A stretch of DNA of 63,617 nucleotides, counting the filler, from Reticulomyxa filosa (Eukaryota; Protista; Foraminifera), in the NCBI GenBank assembly GCA_000512085.1. It is 17 parts of 17 records of this genome, joined end to end, with 100 filler letters (N's around TTAATTAATTAA, not from the genome) between each part and the next. Parts side by side here need not be neighbours in the genome. Positions count along the whole stretch, not along the records: positions 11,691 to 13,920 come from ASPP01018874.1; positions 14,021 to 16,353 come from ASPP01020794.1; positions 16,454 to 17,562 come from ASPP01050705.1; positions 17,663 to 19,160 come from ASPP01010786.1; positions 19,261 to 20,908 come from ASPP01015889.1; positions 21,009 to 22,449 come from ASPP01026876.1; positions 22,550 to 32,374 come from ASPP01007593.1; 10 more parts are not named here. The stretch is one strand, 5' to 3'. The notes beneath the pieces are model-generated. The model was not told the DNA's origin, made no database searches, and was given only the letters and a program-made list of their open reading frames with translations. Position numbers and translations under genes: made by a program. Positions 13,291 through 26,483 of the stretch are shown in pieces. The first letter of the stretch is position 1. The number at the start of each line of letters is the position of its first letter.

Positions 13291-14020
13291 TTCATATATG
13301 TACATATACGTGCATACATGAATAGGTACACGTTAATCCAAAGATATGTCATATTGTTTCTGTTTTGCTTGTTCACGTGAAATATTGATAAAACCAATCG
13401 GATTTTCAGAAGTCAGCAAGGATAAAATGTCTACTTGATTTTTAGTATTTGTGTTATGTTTATTTGCACAATATTGACATAAATAAGCAAAAACTGGTAC
13501 TAAACAAAGAAAATAAAATGGATAAAAAGTTGCTCAATAAGAATTGTCCTGTAATGTTGCTTTATTGTTTTCTTTAACGTCATATTCTTAGAAAGTAGTT
13601 TTGAACTGACACGAAGCAATAATTTTAGTCACATTGTTTTCTCAATGATAAAATTAAGGAATATCTTTGTGCAACGTTAAAATTGTGAAAGATGGGATAA
13701 TAGATAATTTAATTTTTTTCTCTTTGTCATGCTATCAAGTAGATTATAATAATTTGAATATCTTGTAAGACTTAAATGCTGGCTATTTTTAAATTCAAAT
13801 TATCATAAAACAAAACAATACATCATTTTTTAGAAAATTGCTATTAGTGTGTATAATGGTTTGACTTGAAAACTTATGATAATCAATTTAAACTTGTACA
13901 AACTCAAATTGTCTTTTTTTNNNNNNNNNNNNNNNNNNNNNNNNNNNNNNNNNNNNNNNNNNNNTTAATTAATTAANNNNNNNNNNNNNNNNNNNNNNNN
14001 NNNNNNNNNNNNNNNNNNNN

Positions 14021-14059
<39 letters not shown>

Positions 14060-14060
14060 G

Positions 14061-15324
14061 GATACATTTCAAAATAGCGCGTACGCTCTTTCCAACACGG
14101 AAAGAGAACGATTCACTTGGCTGGTGATTTGTGAGGGGATGTTGGTAATGATATTCTTGGGCGTGTATATAGCGTACCTGTACAATTCGACCGTCACGCT
14201 ACTGCTGTTGTGCTTCACATTTGTGATTGACAGCAGCATCACCGTATATGTAGCCATGCTGTTCAATGGACGGCTGTTCGACCTGCTGATGCAACAAGCA
14301 AACAATTTCAACAAGCAGGGATCCGGACAAATGATCATCCAAGCGTCTTCCTCACTCTTGTTTCAAGAAACTAAACGTAGGTTGTCCACTTGGAATGAGC
14401 AACAAGTCAATGTCACGTTAACCTTTATTCAACCCATTACAAAGTTGAGTAACGTATACACGATATACATGTATATGTACGTATACATATATACATGTAC
14501 ATATATGTATATACAAATATATATGTATATATAAATATATGTATATACACATATATGTAAACTCATGGATAATAGGTACGCGTTTTTAGTGAGTGTAAAT
14601 GTGGCATCTCTTTTTTTTATTGCATATTCACAATGGTTTTGACCGCAGTTTGGATGACTGACACTCACACATATTTGGTGCGGTCGGTCTTGCTACAATG
14701 CGGAGTGATTGCTTTGTGTGCGGACATTTTGTGCACTTGTCTGGTCTTGTATTGGAACACTCGCTTCACTCAACGAAGTTATTATCGCCGCTGTGGAAGA
14801 TGCCATCGCTTTTGCTTTGACATTTGTTTACGTGTTGTTATTGACAGAATCGTACAACAACACGTAATGTTTATTTCTTTGTTGTATTTTCGCTATTTAT
14901 ACTATACGATAATTGATCACATTTTTTAAAAACTTTTTTTGAGCTTTTTTTTTTTTTAAAAAAAAAAAAGAATGCAGATGAGCAACGCAATGCCGCAAAA
15001 GAAGACACTGTTTTGGAAGTTGGCTCTGTATCCCCAACCACAAACAGGTCCACTGTTGATAACAGCGTTCAATTAACCCCGATTATTTCTGATGATGTTT
15101 CTGCTTCTAACAATCCGCATATCCAACAGTCACCTGTACCTATTGATGGTTACTATATTTATTTATTCTTTATTTCTGGCATTTGCATTACCACATCTGC
15201 TTCCAATCTTTTTTTTTGTCCTCTCAGTTTAGTAGATTCAACAGCATCAATCGCAACAAAAAAATACAACAGAAAAGAGTTGAAACGGCGGCACCTTCAT
15301 CTCAACATTTACTTCAAATTGTAA
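14061..15324 (+). CDS. Multi-pass membrane protein (7TM/GPCR-like), C-terminal exons; 5'-truncated
   Basis: Hydrophobic helices in ORFs 14124-14534 and 14633-14929; final TM followed by YYRRCGRCHRFCFDIC; short GT-AG introns with (TA)n or poly-T/poly-A. Confidence 0.55.
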
Positions 15325-15808
15325 AGACAAAATTCTTTTTTTTTTTCTAAACTTTTTTTTTATGGCTTCAAAAACAAAAAAAAAAATGTTTAGTTGTGGT
15401 TGTTTTTTCCATTTTTGTACTTTCATTTGGGATCCTGTTGTCAAACACAACCACAAGAAAAATTATAAAATAACACAAATCAAAAGTAATTAGCAAAGCA
15501 ATTTTTTTGATGTAGTGCATTTTTCATGTTAATGTTGCTTTTTTTTGTCCTTTTCCTTTTTTGACAAATAACTAGTTTTATTTCAATGTGAACAAATCCC
15601 TCTATTTTTAAAAACTTTTTGTAATACTTTCATTCTTTGTTTTTCCTTAATTGATTATAATTTTTAAAAAACAAGGAAAATCAATTAAAAAGAATGCATA
15701 GACATGATTAATCTGTCATAAATTGATTTATGTAGAACGAACAATAATTTGGGATGCTGAGCAAATCAGAATGTCAAAAAAAACTCTTTCATGTTCGTGT
15801 GATTAAAG

Positions 15809-17104
15809 TTGGAGACTAAGCCTCTGTATCTCGCTAGAAAAATGTCGCATAGGCCACCAGAACAAAGTCAATCGATACAAAAGGGCCCGCAAATAGATAA
15901 TCCAACAAGAGGGACGCCTTTAGCTCCAAGAGACGGGATAAAAAATCGAAAGAGCGAGCCGACGAAGGAAGGACCAGAGACTGAAGCAGAATCGTCAGCG
16001 AAGAAGAAGAAGAAGAAGGGAACAAAGGAGGCGTCAGAGACTGGTAAGGACAAGGTCAAAGACAGTAAGAATGAGATAAGTGGGATAAGAGAGCAATGGA
16101 GTGAGAAGACACGAAGCGATATAAAAAAAAAAGAGACAAAGGAAATTCCCCTTTCGAGTCCAAAAAAAGTAGATAAAGAGAAGCATGATAGTGTGAAGTT
16201 GCAAGTAGAGGAGCGGTCACAAAGACGAAAAGAAAAAGGCAAAGATAGAGCGAAGCTATCAAAGGAAAAGCTACAGACAAAAAAAAAGAAGTCGAGGGAG
16301 CAAGAAAAAGAAGAAGAGGAAGAAGAGGAAGAGGAAGAAGAAGAAGAAGAAGANNNNNNNNNNNNNNNNNNNNNNNNNNNNNNNNNNNNNNNNNNNNTTA
16401 ATTAATTAANNNNNNNNNNNNNNNNNNNNNNNNNNNNNNNNNNNNNNNNNNNNCAAGTATCGACGGCGTCCAAGATCACATTTTATCCAGTGCAGAAGTG
16501 TTTCAAGTTGAATCACTTTGCGAAGGACTGTAAGAATTCAAAAATATGCAAGTATTGTGGAAAGAGAAATCACACATGAAAAATGTCATCACAGAAAAAA
16601 TTCAAGATTTCAGAAATGTGTATTATGCAAAGGACAACATACAAATAATTCAATATTGTGTCATGTAATCCAAAAAACGAGAATGCAATTGGTGTGAACT
16701 TATCTCGAAGAGAAAAGAAATTGGTAGAGAAAAAGGAACAAGTAAAAACAAATTCATGTAAAAATCCAAAAGAATTCAAAGAAGATTCCAAAGTCCCAAA
16801 TTACAAAGACGCTATTGCAAACAAAGAACAAAAATCAAGTAAATGAACAAGTGAATGGCAATGGACGTAGATATTCTTATACGCAGAACAAAGATCAATC
16901 GGAAGAAATCAAACAGCTTAAGGATCAAATTGCATTATTACAAGAAACAGTACAGCAATTATCATCAATAGTTCAAGCATTTGTACAATCATTCAACAAA
17001 TAAATGGATCAAGAAGAGATCCAGGATAACACAAATGTGGAAGATAATCAATGAACGAATTGATTATTTTCCAAAATAACATCAACTGCTTTTATTCAAA
17101 AGCC
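15809..17104 (+). mobile_element. Degenerate non-LTR retrotransposon: ORF1 (gag-like, CCHC knuckles) and start of ORF2 endonuclease
   Basis: After the gap: KCFKLNHFAKDC, CKYCGKENH and a third CVLCKGQH knuckle in another frame. ORF1 TGA overlaps ATG 17051 (MNELIIFQNNINCFYSK), an APE-like first motif. The K/E-rich ORF at 15809 is only tentatively assigned to ORF1 because a gap intervenes. Confidence 0.7.
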
Positions 17105-17562
17105 CTTTTTTTTAGATGTGTTGCAGTGGGGGCGTGTCAAGTGTTGGACTACTCTATCGCTTCATCATCAACTCGCACTGCTTTTTGCTCTCTCTACATG
17201 CACAAACTCAGGTCTTTCTAGTTAAAAGAGCACCTCGTTCTAAGAAATAAAACACAGTACTAAAAAAAAAGAACTAAAAACAAAAGAAAGACACACAAAA
17301 TCTTATACCAACCAAAAGGTCCATTCAAAAAATAATCAAAAGAAAAATAATAAAGTTATTTCAATTTAAATTGAGATTTACTTGAAGAAACTTGACAATT
17401 ATTCAAATTCTTCTCTTGGTATCGATTACAAACTTGGCTGCTGCTTTTACAACTTTGATCCTGACATCCTGTTTCCACGATCGATCCCCAATAATGAGTT
17501 GTTTCATTGGCAGGGACAATATTGATATCTGGAAGCAATTCTTGGATATTTGTCCACCAATT
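17105..17562 (-). mobile_element. 3' end of a second non-LTR element (ORF2 C-terminus, 3' UTR, short A-tail) in opposite orientation
   Basis: Minus frame LPMKQLIIGDRSWKQDVRIKVVKAAAKFVIDTKRRI with stop at 17403-17405, resembling LINE ORF2 C-termini. About 300-nt UTR ends in an A-run at about 17106-17113. Confidence 0.55.
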
Positions 17563-17662
17563 NNNNNNNNNNNNNNNNNNNNNNNNNNNNNNNNNNNNNN
17601 NNNNNNTTAATTAATTAANNNNNNNNNNNNNNNNNNNNNNNNNNNNNNNNNNNNNNNNNNNN

Positions 17663-17700
<38 letters not shown>

Positions 17701-17789
17701 TTGTTTGGTTCCCAGAAGTTTCCAGAAATTTCGGGGGAAAAAAAAAAATGAAACTGAAGAAAAACTCTTCTGCTTTTTATGAGCAACCC

Positions 17790-18423
17790 TTTGCTGATAA
17801 AAGATGACGGCAACGAGGTTCTCTTGTCCACACAATTTGGCCAAATTTTGATACAAACTGACACAAGTGGTTTTGCTTGTATTAATTTTCGAAATCCACA
17901 AGAGTTGATCGGAAGGATAGCAATGAAAATGGTGTAGTAAATGTCGATCGTTATTGAAATCAATAAAGAATAGATCTGTTTCACTTGCATTTGCACTTGC
18001 ATTTGCATTTACAAGTGAAACATTGCGATAACATCCAGAGATAGGATATGTCTCCATGGTTTGTATCTTTTGTTGCAATGTCTTCAAATTCACATACATC
18101 AAATATCTCGAGTCGTCGTGTTGTTCCTTGTTCCCATTGCCAAACATTGACAGATAGTCAATGCACGCTTTATATTTGCCTGCATCGATCTCCTCGCTAC
18201 TTTGCGCTTTGTCACACGCAACCACCCATTTTTGTCTCTCTTCTTGCGGCAAGCACAACAGTCGATACGCCAAGCGCTTTGTGTACCTCTCTACTTCTTC
18301 CGTGCTGGGGTACGATGTGACAGCGGAAGAGGGGGAAATGGATAATCTTCTGGGGCCGGAAAGGCTGCCGAGTGTGCGGAAATAACTTGCAGAGGATTTT
18401 TTTTTTAACAAACACGAGAACAT
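17790..18423 (-). CDS. Hypothetical protein (exon; 3' end lost in gap)
   Basis: Open frame of more than 200 codons with protein-like composition, ending at an intron-like poly-T stretch. No family recognised. Confidence 0.5.
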
Positions 18424-18694
18424 TGAGAGTCTTACTTGGCCTTGGAAAGGGGGAAAAATTTTTTAAAGTTGGCCTTGCAGCGAACTTTTAATACGCGTTC
18501 TGTTCAAAGATGAACAATCACAGAGCCATCCTTACATAAAGTTTCATTCTTTTTTTTTTTTTGTTCGAAACGAGAGGGGCTGAAGTGACGTAACTTTTTG
18601 GGTTGCCACAAAAAAAAAAAAAAAATTAATAATTGAAAAAATACATATTGAATTAAAAAAAAAAAATACTAGATAATCAATTATTCTCTCGTGA

Positions 18695-19130
18695 ATGGCT
18701 CAGGATTCACTACTCCACTGTTTGTTGTGGATAGCAACAGTGAGTAGTTTAGACAGATGGACAACAAGGGCAGGCACACTAGGGGAAGGGAGATCATTGT
18801 TACAAAAAGGAATAGGAATAGACTGGCCTAGCCCTCCAAACTTTACATTTCCCCGCTCAACGTGGTATTACTATGAGTCGTATCCAGGAGAGGAAGAGTT
18901 TGAAAACGAAGGTATATTGACATGGCTGTTCAATGGGTCGGCAATGTATTTTGAAGTTGCGTTTGAATCCGATCCAAATTACAACTACTCACAGCTAATA
19001 TCAGGAGAATACACTTGGATTTGGAAAGACGATGACAACTGTACTTTATATAATTTGGGATTTCATATCATTCATCAATTTTTTGAAAACGCGACATGGA
19101 TTGGACAAACATCTTTTAAAAGGCCTCCCG
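18695..19130 (+). CDS. Secreted protein, possibly ependymin-related/LolA-like fold; 3'-truncated
   Basis: N-terminal signal peptide; WPSPPNF...; CTLYNLGFHIIHQFFENATWIG resembles the C...W/F-x-x-A-x-Y/W-x-G pattern; several N-glycosylation sequons. Confidence 0.4.
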
Positions 19131-19803
19131 TTAATATTACAAGTTCATTGGAAAAAAAAANNNNNNNNNNNNNNNNNNNNNNNNNNNNNNNNNNNNNNNN
19201 NNNNTTAATTAATTAANNNNNNNNNNNNNNNNNNNNNNNNNNNNNNNNNNNNNNNNNNNNTTTTTTTTTTTTTTTTTACGTGCTTTTGGTCCATTGGAAA
19301 AAAACAACCCAACTTTTTTTGTTTATTTTTTTTTCTTCAACTGTCAGCAGATTTACAAGGTCAAACTTTTTGCTGATCAAAGTTTGTGTCATCAACGCAC
19401 CTAATGCGTTGAAAAAGCCACATTGCAAGATTCTCTCAACCAAACCTTGGGACATTTTGAATATTTTTTAATATCGTTTTGAAGCTAATTCGAAAATATT
19501 CTTTTTGGGGTTTTAAAAAAATCGGGGTCTAACTCTACGTTCAACCTGTTGGCTTTAACGATTAGGTCGATTGATAAACATTATGTGGTTAATTTACTTT
19601 TGCTCGGTTATTGCACCTGGCTTCTTTAATGAGGAATAATATTTTCTACAATTTTGCGAAATAAGAAAATGTTTAGAAGGATGAGTTGTAAAGTTCATTT
19701 TTTCCGAATATTTTTAAATAGCAAATAATAAAAAAAGGCCCATTACCCAGATAAACAAAAAGCAGAAGAGATATATATTTAAAAAATGTTTCATTAGTAC
19801 GGA

Positions 19804-20835
19804 TTAAATTTTCCTGATATTTCTTGAGGTATAGTAAGTGATCTTTTCATTTTGCATATCCTTTACTTTTTCCTGTGTCATTTTGGTGTACTTAAGTAGC
19901 AGCTTGTCTACGCTTTCGCCAGTATGCAATAGCAGCCTAAGAAAAAAAAATAAATATATATGTATGTATATATAAAATAAAAATATCAATATACATATAT
20001 ATATATATATATATATACAGTTGGTAGTGATTATGAACTGTAGATAAGGTATGAGCTCTTGTTTGGTCCATTTATCTTTTTTTTGAAACAATTGTTCAAA
20101 TCGTTGTTTGGGGTCAGAGCTTAATTCTTTGGCATCAAACCATTGCCAAAACATGTCTTTGGCAGTTTCTTGTAAAATAACATATCCTTGCAGCATAGAT
20201 AAGTCGCAATGCATTTGATAAGGAACACTTGCTTGCCACTCACTCAAGAACTGCTCTTTCTCCATTCGTCTGTTTGGAGCAGCAGTTGCCAGCAACTTCT
20301 TTGCCACAAACAAGCACACTTTATTCATATCCAATGCCAAGTACGTTTGATCTTTTTTTTTGGGTGGCTCACTATGCATTTCTTTTGACCATTCATAGAC
20401 AACAATACGAAAAATATGATCGTGGATGGAGAAGGAGGAAGAGAAAAATGAGGAGGAGGAGGAGGAGGAGGAGGAAGATGTGGATATAATATTTTCTTTA
20501 CAAAACTAAGACAATGTTTGACAACTTCGGGATCATGTTCCTCTTCATCGATAGATTGTAACAACTGTTGAATGTCAACATGTTTATAATCAAAGCGATT
20601 TTCTAAAATGCATGCCAAAATGTCATCAAAACAGTCGGTTATATATGCCTCATCTAACATCTTCCATTCACCATTGATCTCAAGTGCATTTAACTCTTTC
20701 AATCCATTCATCAATTCTTCGTCGCTGCATTGCACTTCGTTTCGTAGTGCGTCTAATGATGTCTTTTTTGTTTGTCCTTTCTTATCTTCGTACTCGTTTT
20801 GCTTGGACTCTTCATTGTCCTCTTCGTTCTCAATG
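19804..20835 (-). CDS. DCC1: Sister chromatid cohesion protein DCC1, C-terminal exons; 5'-truncated
   Basis: QCSDEELMNGLKELNALEINGEW, FLSEWQASVP, LSSDPKQRFEQLFQKKDKWTKQELIPYL and VDKLLLKY are typical Dcc1 motifs; two introns. Confidence 0.85.
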
Positions 20836-21008
20836 TTATTCTTTTTTTCTTTTTTTTCAAATTATAAAAAAAAAAAAAAAAAAAAAAATTAATTTTTTTT
20901 TTTTTTTTNNNNNNNNNNNNNNNNNNNNNNNNNNNNNNNNNNNNNNNNNNNNTTAATTAATTAANNNNNNNNNNNNNNNNNNNNNNNNNNNNNNNNNNNN
21001 NNNNNNNN

Positions 21009-21218
21009 AATGTGATATGTTCTGGATCAGATGATAATACAATTCGTTTTTGGGATATTCGATCAAATAAAAATGAATTGTATGTGATCAAAGGAGATCG
21101 TGGAATATATTGTCTTAAATTTATAGAATTGAAAAAGAAAGATAAGATAAAGAATGTTAAATATGACTTGAGTTTGTGTTATGGTTCATTCAATGGTCTC
21201 ATTCGTGTTTGGGGATAA
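21009..21218 (+). CDS. WD40-repeat protein, C-terminal fragment
   Basis: ICSGSDDNTIRFWDIRS...LCYGSFNGLIRVWG followed by stop, directly after a gap. Confidence 0.8.
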   Translation, partial: NVICSGSDDNTIRFWDIRSNKNELYVIKGDRGIYCLKFIELKKKDKIKNVKYDLSLCYGSFNGLIRVWG

Positions 21219-21849
21219 GTTACTTTTTGTCGAATAAGAAAGGAAAGTGTTTTTGTTTGGAAATTTTGATTAAAAAAAAGTAAGATGATATTAAACTTGT
21301 TTGATTTGAATGCAAGCATTGAAAGATATGCTATATCTTATTTTGTTGTTTTCTTTTCTGTTTCGAATAACGAAATATTATTAAAAAATCGAAATATTGA
21401 ATCTTTTTAAAGAGACTTTGATGAAATGATTTTTAAATATGTTAAGTTATTTAGCAATATAACAGTTAACTTAGTCTAAAGCATTTTCATTTGACATTTC
21501 GTAAACAATTTAATACATTAAATAATTATTCAAAATTGAATTTGAAGATTGATGATAAGATTAGGACGGATCAATATATTGGATATACGTTAAGCAAAAC
21601 AATTCAATTTTGACATAATAAAGTGCAAAATTCATTTAACACAACACATCCAAGTATTTTAATTTTAAATAAATATTTAGCTGTTGCAAATGTTGGAAAC
21701 ATAAACAGATAAAATAGTTAATGGAATTTGTCTTTTGACAAAATTCAAGTTGAATAAACATTTCTGTTTTGAAAATATTGAATTATTTGCGATTATTTCA
21801 ATACATTTAAAATAAAAATAGTATTAAAAGTGAATAGTATTGAAAATGT

Positions 21850-22070
21850 ATTTAATGAGAATAGATTGCATTGGTATCGATATCAAAAGTAATGTTCGCA
21901 CTTTCAATGCCAATGCAATTATTACAATACAATTCCATTGCATTATTTGCAATTTGATTGCAAAGACAGTAAAATAATGTGTTTGTTAATTAACAAAATC
22001 CAATTCTCTTCATTGGTTTCAATTCGAAAGAGATAATACAGTTTTGATTTCATGAGTCTCTTTTTGCATT
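21850..22070 (-). pseudogene. Relic of a RING/TRAF-type zinc-finger gene
   Basis: Minus-strand fragments NWILLIN and YCLCNQIANNAMELYC, surrounded by stops and frameshifts. Confidence 0.4.
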
Positions 22071-22549
22071 GGTGGACCAATACTGATCAAAAAAGGTCCC
22101 TCCGACATTTTAGACTTTTCCAATGCATCGTTGATCTGTGGAGTAAGCAATTTTAAAATTGGGTATTGTAATACCTACTTGTTTGATCTCCTGCTTCAGC
22201 AGCGAATGGATCAGCACATAGCATTTTTTCTTGAATATTTCATTGGTCATATCTTTACTGTCATTGTCCGTTACATGAAAGTATTCGCGAATACAATGTT
22301 TTCTGTGCGCTTTCCAAAGATTCAATAAGTCGCATAAAGTCTGATTAGCAAAGCAAATGAGCATTCATACGAAAGGATGGCTCCATTGGCTACTTTTTTG
22401 GAGATACTGATTTTTTCAGACAAGTGACCACTTTGGAGTCTCTTTTTTTNNNNNNNNNNNNNNNNNNNNNNNNNNNNNNNNNNNNNNNNNNNNTTAATTA
22501 ATTAANNNNNNNNNNNNNNNNNNNNNNNNNNNNNNNNNNNNNNNNNNNN

Positions 22550-25500
22550 GAGCCACGAAAGAGAACGAATTCAAAAAAAGAAAAGCACAAGTCGTCGAGC
22601 AACGCACAGTGCAGAGAGAAAAAAAAAACAATTAGAAGAGCAAGAAAAGACTATTGAAAATGCTCATGAAGCCTTAAAAAGACGAGAAGCTCATTTAAAG
22701 GGACTGGAACAAGTTTTGGTTTTTTTTTTTTTTTACAAGACACAAAAAAAAAAAAAAAAAATCCCCCTTTTTAAAAAAAAAAATTAGATATTAGTAGATA
22801 TGAAAAGTGAATTAATGACAAAGCAAAAAAAAATGGACGAAGACATGAAAGACTTGCAAACACAAAAGGAAGCTCTTACCCGTGGTGTTGAAGAATTGAA
22901 GATGAAAGAAGCAATTGAAAAACAGAAAGAAGAGGAAGTCGACAATGCCCGTGAGGTGATACTGAAGGAGTACCAGAGCTATCAACGCAATCAGGCCAAG
23001 TTTGCTAAGGAGAGACAACAATTTGAAGAATACGTCAAACAAAAAAACGACGAGTTTGCGCTACAGACGCAACAATTGAATGCAAAATGGCTTTCCTTGC
23101 ACGAACTTGAAGAACGGCTGGAGAAGAAAGAAATGGAATTGAAAACGATGCAAGAGCTGATTAAACAAAAGGAACGGGATTGCGAGTTGAAATGGACATC
23201 GTCGGTCAATCGCAAAGAACAAGAATTGCTGACAATGCAAAAAAACAAAGGTGCGATGGGTGATGGCCAAGTGGAGAACGGCAATACTTGGAAAGTGGGA
23301 CTGCTCGAACAGCAATACAAAGACATTTTGGAGAAAAACAATGAAGTGCTGTGCAAGCAACAATTGGATACCCACATGATGGAATGCAAACGTTTAAGGC
23401 AAGAATTGGACTTTGAAAAACAAAAACTTGATTCCGAAAAAAAAGACTTGTATCAACTCTTTGACCGAAAGAAACAACAGATGGAACTCTACCAACTGGT
23501 TCAAAAATTATTGCTTTTGCTGTTCTTCGTTGCTTGCTTTGTTTGTTGATTGGCTGATTATATTATTGTCGTACATTGATGTCGTTTGTTGTTGGATTGT
23601 TTCATTCTTATTTTCGTTTTTATTTCAATATCTTATAGTTGACATTTTTAAAAAAAATTCAAAGGAATGGAAGACGCAAAAACAAAAGACTGAAAAAGTC
23701 TTTGCCACATTCCAACAAGAACGCGATAAATGGAAATCATTAAAAAAGGAAAACGAACAGAAATTGAGGTTGCAAGAACAAGAGCTTCAAAATTTACAGA
23801 AACAACAAACTTGCTCAGAGCAGAGAACGAGCAAGCGCAATCTTGTACACGCACTATCAAAACACAGCTGCATTCTTTGAAGAAGAAAATAAAAGAGACT
23901 GAGCTTTGTCATCAAACAATCTCTCAACAAGTACATTCAAAGAAAAAAGAATTGCAGAAATTACACGAACTCCAAGCTTCACAGCAACGTCAAGATCAAA
24001 AAAATGCTGATCAGTTTGCAAGCCTTAGATTAAGTTTGACAATTTTTTGCAAAAAAAAATTTTGTTTTGTTTGTGGCAGTTTCCTAACTCAGGGCTCAGA
24101 TGAAACCAAGAAAGAAGCAGACAAGAGCTTGATGGAGCAATGGCAAAAACTGTTAACAAAGGAATTCTCACTTAATAACGTGTTTGAAAAACAAGAATCA
24201 GCATTAAAGAGTAGTGCATATTTTCGTTCTTTTGATCTCGAAAATGACAATATGAAATCAAGAGAGAATGCTTGTGGCTCTTCTCTTAGATACAGCCTCG
24301 CTGTGTTGAATGAAAGCGATATCGTTGCTGTGAGCTCAGGTACAACCTAAGCTTTTTTTTTTGTAATCCTTGCATAAAATGCATCCCTTCTTTTAGAACA
24401 AGAACCAAAGATGTACAAGCAAAAACAAAATGTAGACAAGTCCGTCTTATTAGTTGGGATCAAGTACTGGCAAGATTATTTGTAAGTTGTCTTGACTTCC
24501 ACTCTCTGTGTAGCAAACAACGCTAAAATGCAATATTATATACATGTGTATGTATATCTGTCTATTTAATCTCAATCACGTTAACAGCAAGAAACATCAA
24601 AAAAGTCAAAGTGAATTTGACATCCCCTTGTTCTTAAAATTAGTTCCCAACGAGCTATGGTCTGATGAAATGACTGACCACAAAATGCATATCATTCAGG
24701 TTACACATAAAACAAAGAGAATATTTACCTGTATTTTGTAGGATTGAAGTGATAAATAATCAATAGGAAGCGAAAAGAATTATGGAATCCAAGCTCGGTG
24801 ATAAGCAATTGAAATCAGATATGTTTGTAGATCGCTTAAAAGAATTTGAGGTAATCAGAGTTATTTGTATTGTTAATTTTTTTTTTTTAGTACAGGTTTA
24901 TGCAATACTTATCTTTTGGAAAAAAAAAAATTAAAAAAACGTAATGCTATACAGACAAGTCTGAATTGCTTGAAGAAGGATATCTATGCAACACACAAGC
25001 GAAGTGCAAAACTTCAAGAAAAGTTGGTGTTGATGAATCAGCCCTTGAACTGCTTCACTGCAACCAATAATCTCATCCAAGAGACGCGACGGTGGATGTG
25101 TGTTACTGCAGAGATTCACTGGAAGCAAGTTGAATGGGATTCAAAATTTGATTGCTTTATACAATATTTGAAATCGGAATTGTAACTGATTAGTCTATTT
25201 TATTTTTTTTCCTCAAAAAATGAAAAAGGATATCCACTATTGTCCATGGGAGCATCTTTGCAAAGAATTGGATAAAAAACTGGTCGACACTGTTGAATAT
25301 GTTTGTGATAATTTGGAGATATATCATTCAATATGGTATGCTTTGGACTGCAAGGCAATCATTATTGTCAAAAAATTTGGTGATGATTGGATTTTTAATG
25401 TCTTTTATCATATCACTGCTCCCTTGCGTACAACACATAGATCCACTTGGGTTAATAGGTCAGTAATAACTTGAAATGGTAGTGTAATCGACACGACATA

Positions 25501-25745
25501 ACTAAACAGACTTGGGTATTCTCTTTCAAATTTCTTGTCAATTACGTGAAACAAAGGGATGTTGTATTCGATATTGCCGATCAATCGAAAACGCACTATT
25601 ATGGAGTTTCTTGTCCAACTTTACTTAATTCCTACGCTGATGTTGTTGAAGATACCAGCCCTCCTGCTACAACAATTGCAATGTGTTATTTTCTATACTT
25701 GCTTTTTTCTCGATGATGTTAACTCGATTTGAACGCGTCATGAAC
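22550..25745 (+). CDS. Long coiled-coil protein, multi-exon; 5'-truncated
   Basis: E/K/Q-rich heptad ORFs 22800-23549 and 23660-24350, followed by smaller exons to about 25.7 kb. One apparent one-base frameshift near 23805. 3' end approximate. Confidence 0.65.
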
Positions 25746-26483
25746 TGGCCCGAAAATCTGTACAAATTGTCGATCTTTAAATATCCATTAAAATATTTAA
25801 AAAAACTTTTAACTGTTTCATATTAATATCAATTAAAATATATACTACTATGCATTTTTGCTTTGTTAATTGTTTATTTACTCATCACAACTTCACTAAA
25901 TTAATTTAATATATACATCTTCTTTGTACTTAATCTGAACATGTTTCATACACTTTTACTTTATATATTCAAAAAATTACGCTTCTCAATATTTTCAATC
26001 AAATAAAAAAGATTATAAGTATTTCTTGAAATTATGGTTAATTTTTTTGTTGCAGAAAGGTAATCAAAACATCAGAATGAATTTAACATTGGACCTAGAT
26101 GTCATCGGATCAAGATTTCATTTCGAAATTTATGCAACAATTATGATGTTGCATTTTTGTAAAGATGCTGTAAAAATCGAATATCAATTATGTTTGTTTT
26201 TGCCTTTTTTTCTATTTTTCCATTGTTTAGTGGTCTTTAATTGATTCAAAGGTTGCCAGCAACATTATGACAAATGACCAAAAAAGTTACGAAAAATGCA
26301 TATTTAAAAAATATTGCACACTTAAAATAGCCCAACACGTAGGTTGTTGTTGATTGCTTGCCATCAGCTTAAAAAATATCCAACGAGTTTTTCAACATTT
26401 TTAACGTGCTGGATAAATGTTGTTTTGTGCCTTGTGTTTTTTTTCATCTGCGGTCCCTTTCAACTAAAAAACAAAAGCGAAAT

